Notes under the pieces: model-generated | Seen by the model: the letters and a program-made list of their open reading frames with translations, nothing else | The model's database searches: none | What the model was told of the DNA's origin: nothing | NCBI RefSeq assembly: GCF_964188315.1 | Contig: NC_135656.1 | Location: 114,514,001-114,578,000 of the forward strand | Reading direction: 5' to 3' | DNA from: Podarcis muralis | Taxonomy: Eukaryota | DNA length: 64,000 bases | In this document: in pieces, positions 47,605 through 59,834 of the stretch | How positions within the stretch are numbered: the first letter of the stretch is position 1 | How the letters are laid out: each line of letters starts with the position of its first letter | Made by a program: the position numbers and the translations under genes

Positions 47605-49304
47605 GGAGACAACTGCATCACACACTGAGGCAGAGTTTCTTTCCAGACGGGAATGGTTGCTCTATAAAGCAAACACTTATTAGCAGTTGGGGGAGGGTTC
47701 ACTTCAGTCACAATTGGTAGAAATAGCAAAAAGGGGTTTCGCTTTTTCACTCCATTCCCCACTATCATTTAGTTCTTAAGGAGGCCATTTACACTTAACA
47801 GTACCCTGAAATCTATTTTTTAAAGGGGTTCAGCTTCCATCACTGTCAGTCCTGGGTTCAATTTTTCCCTCTCCACCTGCCCGCAAGGCCGCCACCAGCA
47901 ATTTAGATGCAGACATTATTAGACTACAGGAGTTGATCACTACAAAATAATCCCTCCTCCGACGATGTTGTGGTTGCTCTTTGCTTTTTAGACCTCAGAC
48001 AGGAAGGAAATGAAGAGAGACAAGGCCCCATCCTCAGCCCATTCGGTGAACACAGTTTCTCCTGTCCACACTTAACCTTCCTTGAATTCAGTATAACTTC
48101 CTCCTAGCTAATTGCACATAGGATTGCTGCCTTCATGTTTGGCAGTAAACTAGGTTCTCTTTATCATGAGTAGCCAATTTATTATTATTATTTGTTAAAT
48201 TTATACATTGATTGATTGTGCAAAATAAGCAGTTTACAAATGTCTGATGTCTCTGGCCTCCTGTCCTCATCAACCCTAGCCAGCTTGGCCAGGGGTCAGG
48301 CTGCAGCATGGTGGGAACTGCAGTCAAGCAGTTTCTTGAAGGAACCACACTCCCTACAATTCATTTTGAGACCTCTGTGACATAGCTGTCAACGTTTCCC
48401 CCCCCCCCCTTTTAAGGGAAATTCAGTTATTCCGAATAGGATTCCTTGCAAGAAAAGGGAAGAGTTGACAGCTATGCTCTGTGGTAACCCCCCCTCGATT
48501 TGTGGGATGCTCCCCAAAGAAGAAATTTTTGCCCCCAGGTGAACTTCCTTGTTCTCCTAGACTTTTTAATCATACTAGTTTAATACATCCTAATTCTTAG
48601 AATTTTTTTGTGTTTCTTCTTGCTGGATTTTAGTGTGGATTTTCTTGTTGTTATTCATCTTGTGTTGCTTCTTATGGAGCTTACTTTATGCTGGTTATTT
48701 TTAGTTGACTGAATTTGTATTTTGTATGTTTGTTGATAGCATTTGTACTTCATTTTCCAGAGTGTGCACCTTATTGACAGGCTTATTGAGAGCAATGGTA
48801 GAAAAGATTTCTGTGAACTTCATCATTCAAATGAATAAAAGCATATTTCTTGGGGGAGGAGATTCTTTCCAACTCTTAGGGGGCGGACCGCCCTGGGTGT
48901 CATCCCTGTGGGGAGTGACAAAAATATTAGTTTTAATTTTTTTTAAAAAAATGGGCTCACGACTGAACTCACAGTTCAGTCAACAAACATAATGAAACGT
49001 GGCTGGCACTGGGTGCCACACTGTGGGGGCCAGCGCTTACTGCGGGGCCTGCAGCATGCCTAAGCCAGGCGTCTCTCCTGGGAGTGACGTTGTGGCTAGA
49101 GTGCCTGCAGGCTCTGCGCTGCCTGAAACGGCAGAATAGAGAGGCTATGGAACAATGCAGCTTAAATATTTGTGACTTCATTTGTTCACAACCATCCCTT
49201 GTTACTATTCATCTGTTCCCCCACAATAAAAAAATAAAATAAATAAACTCCTAGGAGTAGGGAACTTCTTTATAAAATAAAAACGCTTGCATTTCCTTGA
49301 CAAA

Positions 49305-49632
49305 GGTAAAGGTAAAGGGATCCCTGACCATTAGGTCCAGTCGTGGCCGACTCTGGGGTTGCGGCGCTCATCTCACTTTATTGGCCAAGGGAGCCGGCGT
49401 ACAGCTTCCGGGTCATGTGGCCAGCATGACTAAGCCGCTTCTGGGTTTACCTTCCCGCCAGAGCGGTACCTATTTATCTACTTGCACTCTGACATGCTTT
49501 CGAACTGTTAGGTTGGCAGGAGCAAGGACCCAGCAATGGGAGCTCACCCCGTCGTGGGGATTCGAACTGCCAACCTTCTGATCGGCAAGTCCTAGGCTCT
49601 GTGTTTTAACCTACAGTGCCACCCGCATCCCC
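49305..49632 (-). mobile_element. Sauria-type SINE
   Basis: TSD tttccttgacaaa. Confidence 0.88.
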
Positions 49633-50348
49633 TTTCCTTGACAAAAGCCTCCTGTAAATAAGAAGAGTAAAATGCTTAAACTTTGGGGGAACTTGTACAG
49701 AGGAGAACAAACGGAGGCGAGAAATCATTTGAGCGCTCTGAATATGATGGAAGGTGCACACTAGTCTTTGTGAACATCAGAAAGTCCACACAGGAAAGAA
49801 ACAATAACGATGTTCAGATTTCAATATATTCTGTGGTTTGACTTGCCCATGTGAACTAGTATTATTCATCTGTTCAGTTCTTAGTCTGCCCACCCAAAAA
49901 GGCCATACACTGTTCTCTCTCCACCCCCACCCCCCATTTTATCCTCCCAACGACCCTGTGAGGGAGGCTAGACTAAGAAAGAACAATGTCAGCTAGTGTG
50001 CGTTGTGGCTAGGCCTGCACACACACTGCACATTTGAAGCACATCACCCATTGGAAAATGTAGTCGATTTCCATATTTATAAATGTAATATATACAGGAA
50101 ATTTATATCATATTTCACAATATTACTGTACTAATACTTGCCAGAAGTTGCAAAGGAAAACAAAGCCCTTGGTGGAAATTGTGTTTATCAGTGAGAGGGG
50201 AAATAGTGGCACCCAGTGGATGCTCTAGGTATTGCAAGAGATATTTCAGGGGTAGCCAACTTGGTGTCCTGTATGTGTATGTAAGAGAGAGAGAGAGAAA
50301 GAAAGAGGAAGGGAAAGAGTGACATCTCTCCCCTAACACTCCAAGCTT

Positions 50349-52743
50349 CTATACATGTTTCTCTCCTGCATGGGTTCTCTTGTGAATCACAAGCAAGAGC
50401 CTCCGACTGAAGCTCTGGCCGCAGCATTTGCAGTGATAGGGTTTCTCTCCCGTGTGGACCCGCTCGTGCCGCAAAAGGTTACACCGGATGCTGAAGCTCT
50501 TCCCGCACGCCGAGCACTCGTACGGCTTCTCCCCCGTGTGGGTCCTCTTGTGCCGCACGAGGGTCGACTTCCGGCTGAAGCTCTTGCCGCATGTTAAGCA
50601 GCCGTAGGGCTTCTCGCCGGTGTGGATTCTCTCGTGAGCAACAATGTTTGCTCGAATGTTGGACGTGGCCCCGCAGTAGGAGCATTTGAACTTCCTCAGC
50701 CGTTTCTTCTGGTTCTTGAGGAGGTCCAAGCTCTGGCAGAGGCTCTTCTCGTAGTCGGTGCTGGCGATGCTGTTTCGTGGGCACGTCCTGTCACAGACGA
50801 CGTTTTCGTGGAAAGTCTGGCCACTTCCTTCGCAGAGGAAGGCCTGCTGTGCTATCTTCCACAGAAAGCTTTCCTGGTGCCTTTCTGGTCCCCCCTTGTT
50901 TCCAGGGATCTTTTCCAACTTGGGAGCCTGGAAGACGTTATCTTTGGCTCTTTCTAAGGATATCCCGCTGGATCCCACATCTCCAGGCTCGGGACTTTTC
51001 ACATGAAAGGGCTCCTCTTCGTTCTCCAGCACTGGGTCTTGGACTCCTAGGAATAAGCAGAGAATCATTATCTGTGGGCATGAGACAGAGCTTCTGCAAA
51101 GACCTGAAGGAGCGTCTCCACCCCTATCATTCAGCCCAGACATTGAGGTCCAGCTCCGAGGGCCTTCTGGTAGTTCCCTCAGTGTGAGAAGTGAAGTTAC
51201 AGGGAACCAAGCAGAGGGCCTTCCTGTGGAATGCCCTCACATCAGATCTCAAGGAGATAAAGAATTGCACAACTTTTAGAAGACATCTGAAGGCAGCCTT
51301 GTATCAGGAAGTTTTTACTGTGCTGGAAGCAGCCCCGACTGGCTGGGGAAACCCAGCCAGATGGGCGGGGTATAAATTAATCATGATCATCATTTGGGAA
51401 GGGGCCATTGTTCAGTGGCAGAGCATCTGCCTTGCTTGAAGAAAGTGCTAGATTTCATCTCAGCATCCCTGGGAAAGGCTGGGGAAACACTCCTGTCTGC
51501 AATCCTGCAGAGCTGCTGCCAGTCAATGTGGGTAATACTGAGCCAAACTGGCCAGCGGGTCTGGTTCAGGTTAAGACAGCTTCCTACGTTCTTCTACCAG
51601 TGGAAAAGGGGCTCCAGCAGCTGACCGTTTTGCGCACACCAATCCTTACCCAGCGGTGTGACTTCCATGGACAGTTGCATCTGTGCAGAGTCTGGTAAAT
51701 CTTGCTATGACTTGGAGGCATTAATAATGGTCTCTTCCAAGAGCCCTGGAACCTGGAGTGGAGGAAAGGGAGAAGAAGTCAACAACATGCATACATTTCT
51801 AGACTTTAGGCAAGCAGTGAAAGCTTCCCATCTAGTTGGATGCTGGACTCGATTCCCCATTGGACAGATCCAGGGATCTGGGATCTGGCTGAGGACAGAC
51901 CAAGCTTGGTGAGGCCCAGTTGCCCAAATAAACCAGCCACCACTCCAATTGGCACCTCAAAGTGACTAAAGCACCTCATACGCCTCATACCTTTACTTCC
52001 CGTCTCTCCGACTCATGGAGTATCAAGAGGAAATCCTCGGCCAGGACCGCCGCCTCAGCACATGTCTCTGGGCCCCTTTCCCTCACCCAGTTCTGCATCT
52101 CCCGAGGCATAATGGTCAAGAACTGCTCCAGGATCAGCAGATCTAAGATCTGCTCCTTGGTGTGTTTCTCGGGAGTCAGCCACTGGCAGCAAAGCTCCCG
52201 GAGCTTCCTGCAGATCTCCCGGGGGCCCTTGGCCTCATGGTAGGACAGCTGCCTGAAGTGTTGTCGCCGCATCTCCATCCTGGCTGCGTCCCCCTCCAGA
52301 GCCTCCTCATCCTTCACCGTCGGAGGGGAGTCTAGGCTCTGACACGCCTGCTGGGCCTCTTGTTATGTACTGAGTTGAATAGGATCCACCTCTCCAAGGA
52401 GGTCAGGCAGGGTCTGAGTCAGCCACTCCCCTATAGGCCGCAGGATGGCATTGGATGTCCCCTTCAAGGGAGCCTGAGAAGACTTTGAGTTCTCCTCCAA
52501 GGTGGGACTGGGCAGCTGCAGGTGCCGCCACTCTGAGTGAGGGGATTTGGCTGTCTTCAAGAACTCCTGCCACTGGGCCCAGCGCCATTCTCGGCCTTCT
52601 TCCGGCTCTTGTTTGATTTGTTGGGGGGCCACCCCAGTCAGGAGCTCATGGGTGGTCTCAGCTTGGACAAGACAAGGATCTCTTCCTCTGCCTTCTGGTT
52701 TGTTCCCAGGCTCAGGTCCTCTTGAAGCTTCCTGCTTTTCCAT
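50349..52743 (-). pseudogene. SCAN-C2H2 ZNF gene with two in-frame stops; exons 52763-51991 (SCAN, ATG at 52743), 51752-51650, 51046-50349 (4 fingers)
   Basis: SCAN RRQHFRQ..Y.EA.GPRE...[26 protein letters not shown]; splice phases consistent (0, then 1); TAA at 52363-52365 and TAG at 51705-51707. Confidence 0.8.
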
Positions 52744-52924
52744 TTTTGTTCCTAGCTTTGCTTCTTGGAGGAAGAGAAGAAAAGTCAATCTTTTTATCAC
52801 ATGATTTGGAAAAAAGGGGATTTTATTTATGTAAAAATTTTATAAACTGATTAAAGATTTTAAAACCCTTAAACAATATAAACAACATTTTTAAAAAATT
52901 AAACAACATAAAACCAGTAATACT

Positions 52925-53075
52925 GGGTAGCTTGGTTGGTGAGAGCATGGTGCTGATGATAATGCCAAGGTTGCATGTTTGATCCCAGTATGGGACAGCT
53001 GCATATTCCTGCATTGCAGGGGGTTGGACTAGATGATCCTCAGGGTCCCTTCCAACTCTACAATTCAATGATTCT
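52925..53075 (+). mobile_element. tRNA-derived short SINE (same family on minus at 61822-61968)
   Basis: gtagcttggttggtgagagcatggtgctgat...cctgcattgcagggggttggactagatga tail. Confidence 0.75.
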
Positions 53076-53299
53076 ATGTATCAACACAGGTTAAAACTCT
53101 GCTTCTAAAATGGAGGACTTTGTTTCGACCTGCTCTAAGTGGAACATCCTCCCACCCCATGATGTTGGCCGTTGAAGATCCTGTTAATATTGCTTTGAGC
53201 GGTGCATTTTATGAACTGTACTTTTACTGTGCATTTTCTTTTATACTGATACGTACTAATCTTCTTCACGACTTCGGGTGCCTTTAGGCTAAAAAGTGT

Positions 53300-54130
53300 T
53301 GTCAGAGCTGCCCTAGGTCCTAGCTCACAAAGGACCGACGCCAGTTCATTGTTATATAAAACAGTCTCTATTGAAGCTCAGTTTAGCTTTTACATCCGCG
53401 GCGCACAGCTCTACGTCTCAAACTCTAGACCGCCGAAGCTCCGTCTGAGTCTCCTCCCCCCAGACACCAGTTTAAGACTCTAGCCTTGCTCCACCTCTTC
53501 CTCTGCTCTTTCCTCCTCTGGGTCCGCCTGTCCGCTGGGGTCTTGCCCTTCCTAGACTCTTCTGACGCTGAGTCCCCTGAGTCTTCCCCCTGCCTCCGGC
53601 GGGCTTTAGGACCTGGTTCCCAATCAGGGTTTTCTGCTGTCCCGCGCGCCTGTACATTTGAACTTGGCGCGCGCGCCCAGCCTGCCACCTTCCTCCTGAC
53701 CGTTACACTGCTCCTGTCACTGCTTCCCCCTTCGGGGAGGCTAGCTGGGTCTGACCTCCCCTCCGTTCCCCCACTCTCCGATAATGGCGTGGTCAGCCCT
53801 GACTCCTCTTCCCTCCCTGCTGGAGGAGACGCTGGCCCTGACACATGGGACTCTCCCCCCCCCCCCCCACTACGCTCTGGTGGGGAAGCTGGTCCTGATC
53901 TCCAGCTGCTGCTTTGGGAGTCCCCGCTGGCCCCTTGCTTCTGGCGCATCCCCCCTGGGACCCCCCTTGCCCTGACCATCGGCGCCCCCTTCTGGGAATC
54001 TTCTGATTCACTGGAGAGGCTCATGGAATCTCTCGGGTCACTGTCATTCTCCCCTCCGCTGCCCTCAGATTCTTCCCCTTCGCTCTCCATTTCCTCTCTC
54101 CCCTGTGCCTCTGCTCCTGAGCCCCTGACA
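53300..54130 (-). mobile_element. Solo LTR (831 bp) carrying a 221-codon ORF
   Basis: TGTCAG...CTGACA termini; perfect 5-bp TSD AGTGT; orientation inferred from the ORF and an aatagagactg poly(A)-like signal. Confidence 0.85.
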
Positions 54131-56699
54131 AGTGTTATATAAATAAACAATTCCATACCAAAACAAATTAAAAACAGGAATGTGCAGATCCATACCATGC
54201 ATAGCTTCTGCCAAAGAATTATGGGAGCTGCAGTTTACCCTTCACAGAGCTACAATTCCCAACACCTTCAACAAACTCCAGTTCCCATAATTCTTTGGAG
54301 GAGTTCTAGCTGCCTCCAAGGTACGGTGTGGACATGTTTGATCTTATGGGTCAAGGAAAACTTTGGCAAAAGGATAGGTCTCTACAAGACATCTAAAGCG
54401 ACCTTATAGAATTCCCCAGCATGATCTAAGTGATCTTACGGGCCTATGCAGAGGCAGGCAGTCTTTTCAGCTAAGTTCACCCTGAGTTACTCAGCACAGA
54501 GATAATCTGGAGGTGACCAGAGGAAAGGAGCTTGAAAGGTAAATGATTTGTATTCATTCATTGATATCAACTGTAATTGCACAAGCTGAATTTGAGGTAT
54601 GTGATTGAATCCTACCTGAAAATAGCGACAGCCTGGATGCTGCCATAGTGCAGCAAACAAACCCTAAAAATCAGACTTTTGCGGTCAGGAAAGTGATGGT
54701 TGAAATGTATTGGAAAGTGTGGGATAACCGATGGACACACCATGAATTCAGTCTCAGGAATTGTAATTTACCCCTCACAGAGCTACAATCCCCAGCATCC
54801 TTAACAAACTACAGTTCCTGAGATTCTTTAGGGCAGGTGGGAGAAATGTGCTATAAATATGTAGAGTGTATGCAGACATCTAAGTTTCCTGCAAAAAAAA
54901 TAATCAGAGGGAATGCTCAACAAATAGCCAACATTATCTAACCTCTCTGCAAAAGCAGGCTCAGTGTTCATCTGCAAGAACCCTCCTTTCCTTCTGACAC
55001 ACACAGATGCCTGCTCCTCCTGCTTTTCTCTCTCCTTCCCCTGAATCCACTTCCCTGCTTAAACTCACCTGCTCCTTGTAGCTTTTGCATTGCACCTTCT
55101 GAGAGTACTGTATTTACAATCCTCCAGTAGCACCAAGGATAGCATATGCTCCTATAAGGGGAAGTTTATTATTATTTTAATAACCAGGAAGGAAATAACA
55201 GCAGGACAGGAAGGGGGTTGGTTGCTTTTTTTCTTTTTAGCTCTCTGTGCAGCTGTGCAGGAAAGTAGCTTCATCTTTTAAAAAACTCATTCTCTCTCCT
55301 TTTCACACACATACATGCAATGCACACACATTCCCTGGTCCTCTCTAGGCAACAGAGCTCTGTGCAATTAACCCCATGAGCATCTCTGCAGAAGAAGCGA
55401 GCTGGATTTCAATGAAATGACTAGATGTAAAAATTAGGGCTGCTGCCCCTACCCCCCCCCCAAATACCACACTCCTGGCCAGATGCCTAAATCAAATGAT
55501 ATAAAATGAGAAGAGGGTGGGGAGAATACATGTGTTGCTTACAACCCAAGTCAATGCATGTTTACTCACTAAGAAGTCCCAGTGTGTTTTCTCCCAAGCA
55601 AGTGAGCATATTCATTCATTCATTCATTCCAGGGGTAGAGAACTTGTTTCACCCTGAGCGCCACATTCCTTTCTGGGGTGGGGGCACATGTCAGCAGGGG
55701 CCAGAGAAAAAAGTGGGGGGTGCAAGTCATTGAAATTTTGCCTTTGTGCAGAAAGCTACTTTCTACAACCAATACCCCTCCTCTAGCTAAAAACACTCAG
55801 GGTGGGTGTGAAGCAGGGCCAGAAAGGGGGCGTGAAGGGCCACTTTAACACACAAACACGGTTCCCCCATTGATTCTATTGCACAGTATACCCTGCCCTT
55901 TTCCAGGGAAAGTCCTCTCCAGGATGCTCACATAATTATTTTTTTAAAAAAAATTCATTAAAATATGTATCAAAAGGAAAAGGGGAAAAAAGAATAGCAT
56001 CACAGCTTCAATGCTATTCAAAGTTTCTGGGGAATGAACACCACGGAAATCTGTGAAATGTACTTCTTCTTTTTGTTAGAGCGTTTATTAATTTTCCAAT
56101 AAAAAACATCCAATTAACATATCAAATCATAATCCAATAAAAATAAAAAAACTAAAATAAAATAAAATGAAAAGGGAAGTACAATCTGGGAAACGCAAGG
56201 TGAAAAACAGCAATGTTTAAATCAGCATAAAGCAGGAATGCTAAACCCAGTGCTCCCCCCCCCCTAGAAAAATAGGCGCTGGTACTCACTATGAGGTTGT
56301 TACTGTTAAGTGCTACACTTTTTAACAACCAAAAAAAGAGATGTGCTAATACTGCGTACCCTTGAGAGCCCCCAGGGGGGAGCACTGGCTGATTCTATGG
56401 GCCTCAAATTGTTGTTGGGACTCCTGCTCCCATCCTCACTCATTTCGGGAACAGTCACTACAAACCAGGGGTGCAATCCTAAGCATATTTATTTCATATT
56501 TTCACCACTTTATTTGGTAAGTTTTTATCCCCAGGTGAGCCTGCCAAGGGATAAATCATTAGACACAACCACTGTAAACAGGCAGAAAATAGGCCATGAT
56601 TATCTCAAGTTTAATTATATTTGCTGTTAAAAAAGAAAAACTGGCGCAGCAATTGCAATTCCACTACAAAGAAAGGAGTCCGTGACAGCTGACAGCTGC

Positions 56700-57450
56700 C
56701 TTTCTACTGCTGCAACATCCCCCCTCCCCCTCTTCCAGCCAAAGGGGAGGGGCCGGAAGAGGAATCCAGCGCCGTTCCATGACCTTTCGAGCCTATCTAG
56801 GAAATCGGTGCTCTCTCTCTCCACTTAACCCTTTCAGGGCCCCTTTTCAAACAAAGGATCTTCTCTTTCATCGAAGGGATGGGGCGGAAAGGCCAGCGTG
56901 ACCCCCCCCCCCGGCCCCTTTCAGATTAATACAGCCTTGCAGGTAAGATGTCAGGTTCCCCACCCCACCAGGCAGAGCACATGCCATTTTAATGCCGAAC
57001 CTTCTCTTTAAAAAAATAGAAATAAAAATGCTTAGTCCGTGAAAGCGCCCCGTGGTTCTCTAATGGTTAAACCAGCGCAGTTCAGATGGCTAGAGAGGAA
57101 GAGGGTTTGGGGAGGGAGGAGGAGAATCTTCCTTCCTGCCGAATGCAATCTTCCGGAGCTTGGTGGTCGCCGCCTTCTTCTTCTTTCTCCCCTTGCAAAA
57201 TTTGCAAACTGTTCTGTTGCTTTTTGTTAAAAAATAATTAAAATGCATGCCTGATTGTGTTTGCTAGGAAGCTGCAGGTTCCCTGCCAAGAGCCCTTGTC
57301 ATCGCAGCTTCCATTGGGAGGAGCTGGAAGGAGGCCTCGCCCGGGACCGGTAAGTTGGAAGGCGGGTTTGCCTGGTTCTTGGGGAGCAGAAGAGCTGCAG
57401 GCGGTGGAAGAGGGAGAGGGGAGGGGGCCTCGATATCCCATAATTTGCGC
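56700..57450. promoter_or_regulatory. GC-rich putative promoter/5' UTR exons between the divergent SCAN genes
   Basis: ETS-like CCGGAAG, GC boxes; plus-strand donors CAG|GTAAGA (56943) and CCG|GTAAGT (57350). Confidence 0.4.
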
Positions 57451-58490
57451 TTTCCTTCCGCATTTCCATTCAACAGTTGGGTGTGCGATGTAATTAGCGC
57501 TGTGAAAATCCATGCTGTGGGGAAAAGGGAAAGAAAATCTCAGACAAATAATTGCAATAAGAGCAGCAGGGCACCAGCCCTTTCACTAAAAAGCTGTCAG
57601 TTCCCCAAAGTCTGTTGGGATGATAAAGTCTTAACTTGCTGGTGGAAGGACAGGAGGGAGTTCCATAGTCTGGGTGCCAAGGCCAAGAAGGCCCTGCCCT
57701 GCGCCCTCAGCAAGTGTCCCTGCGAGAACAGCCTCCCACAAAGATCCCAGAGATCAGGCAGGTTCATATGAAGCAATGCAGTTTTTCAGATGCCAAGGAC
57801 CCATCTTGTCTAGGACTTTACAGGTCGCAACCAGCACATTGAATGGCCCTGTTGTAACAAGGGTGTCATATCCTACTTTTAACCATCCCTGGTCAGCAAT
57901 CTCTCTGCGGCTCTTTGATCCCGTTGAAATTTCTGAGCATTTCGCAATGGCGGCCCCACCCAGAGTGTGTTACAATAATCCCAACAGGATGTAACCTAGG
58001 TGTTTGGAAGACATTAGAGCCAACAAGGTTTTGGTTTCATATCAAACTCCACTTGAACACATACTGGAAGTTCTTAATTGCCCTTTACCCATTAATAAGG
58101 AGTGGTGATAATCTTATTTATTATACTATTTATTTGCTAGTAGTACTTTATCTGTCCTTCACAAGCAGGTCGCTGGAATGGACTACAACAATATAAATAC
58201 AATATTAAATTGAAATCGCTTAAAAGAGGTGCATCTCAAAGAATGGGCTCGCAAGCCACCAGTGGGCCTTGGGGCTCCTTTTAGGTGGGCTTCCATACCA
58301 CAGACTGGCTGGTGGGCTTTTCACATGCCTGCCATATCTCCTAGCCATGCTGTGGTCTCTAAATTGGGCAAGTGCCGTGGCAGAAGCTCTTGCCAGGACT
58401 AGTAGCTCCTCATTTCCTGTGCAAAGATGACAAGGAAGCCGTGTGTGTTTAGGGATGTAAGGCCTCCCTCTTCTGAGAGGAGGCCAGAGG

Positions 58491-58824
58491 AGGTAAAGGT
58501 AAAGGGACCCCTGACCATTATGTCCAGTCGCAGACGACTCGGGGCGCTCATCTCGCTTTATTGGCTGCGGTGCTCATCTCGCTTTATTGGCTGAGGGAGC
58601 CGGCATACAGCTTCCGGTTCATGTGGCCAGCATGACTAAGTCGCTTCTGGCAAACCAGAGCAGCGCACGGAAACGCCGTTTACCTTCCCGCCAGAGCAGT
58701 ACCTATTTATCTACTTGCACTGGTGTGCTTTCGAACTGCTAGGTTGGCAGGAGCAGGGACTGAGCAACGGGAGCTCACCCCGTCGCAGGGATTCGAACCT
58801 TCTGATTGGCAAGCCCACAGCGCC
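58491..58824 (-). mobile_element. Sauria-type SINE with a small internal duplication
   Basis: gctcatctcgctttattggctg occurs twice. Confidence 0.85.
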
Positions 58825-59045
58825 AAGGGTTAGTATTATTTGAAGTACATTCTCCTACAAAGGAAAGTTGATATTCATTATCACAGTTTCTTTAAAAAAA
58901 AAACTGGGACTATAATGGGATAAGAGAATAAAGGTGTTTTTGGAAGAAGGAATAAACGTAAAAACTCTAGGAGGAAGGAAAAAGAAAAAATAAATTGCCA
59001 GCTTGAGGTGGGGTGGGAGAATAAGGTATCAGCTGAGTGTGGAAA

Positions 59046-59722
59046 TGTTGCAGGAATCTCCAGTCATTGACAACAGACACTGGATCTTCCCAAGGAAGGT
59101 CAGCATTTATTGACCTGCGCAGGTGACCCCAGTGAGATATCTCTCAGAGACTGAGGCCCTGAACCAATTTTGGGGGCCCTTCTTATAGTGAGTTACCAAT
59201 GAACAGGTATAAAAGAGGAACTTCACTCAAGCAGGCAAAAATAACAGCTTCTTCGCTCCCCCCTTGTTCGCCCAAACTGCAAAGTAAGAACTTTCTAGTC
59301 TCTCCCCCACCCCGCTCCTGTCCTGTCTGCATCTGCCAGCCTGTGCTGGTTTCTTGCCCATACAGCTGACCTGTGCAAGTTTAAAAACAGACACCAGACA
59401 TCAGTTAGCTCATCTTCTTGTGACTGACTTTCTTGAATAGCCAGTTTACACAGCATTTTGTGGCAAACTCAAAAGTGGGGGTTATGGGGGTCGTTGGGTT
59501 TCTCTCATTTCTGATCAGAGCCACTTTTTGTATAAAAACAACTTCCAGGGCACAAGAGCATGTGCAAAGCTCTATTGCACAAGTTTCAACAAATAGATTA
59601 ATTCCTGCATTTTCTGAGAAGGCATGCATACAGATGGCTAGACAGCTTACAGAGCAATTTGGGGGGGCGGCGGCTATTGAGGCATATAGATTCTATTTCC
59701 TCCATTCACCAGTAGGAGAACA
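59046..59722 (-). mobile_element. Probable solo LTR
   Basis: TGTT...AACA termini, 5-bp TSD GGAAA, AATAAA on the minus strand near the left end. Confidence 0.5.
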
Positions 59723-59834
59723 GGAAAATATAGTACTCTGAGAGGCATGTGGGCGTGAGAAGGGGAAAAGGCCATCTCCATTTTGAGCCTCTGGTTCAGC
59801 AGATTCTACAATATCCCTAGAGAAAATGTCTGTA

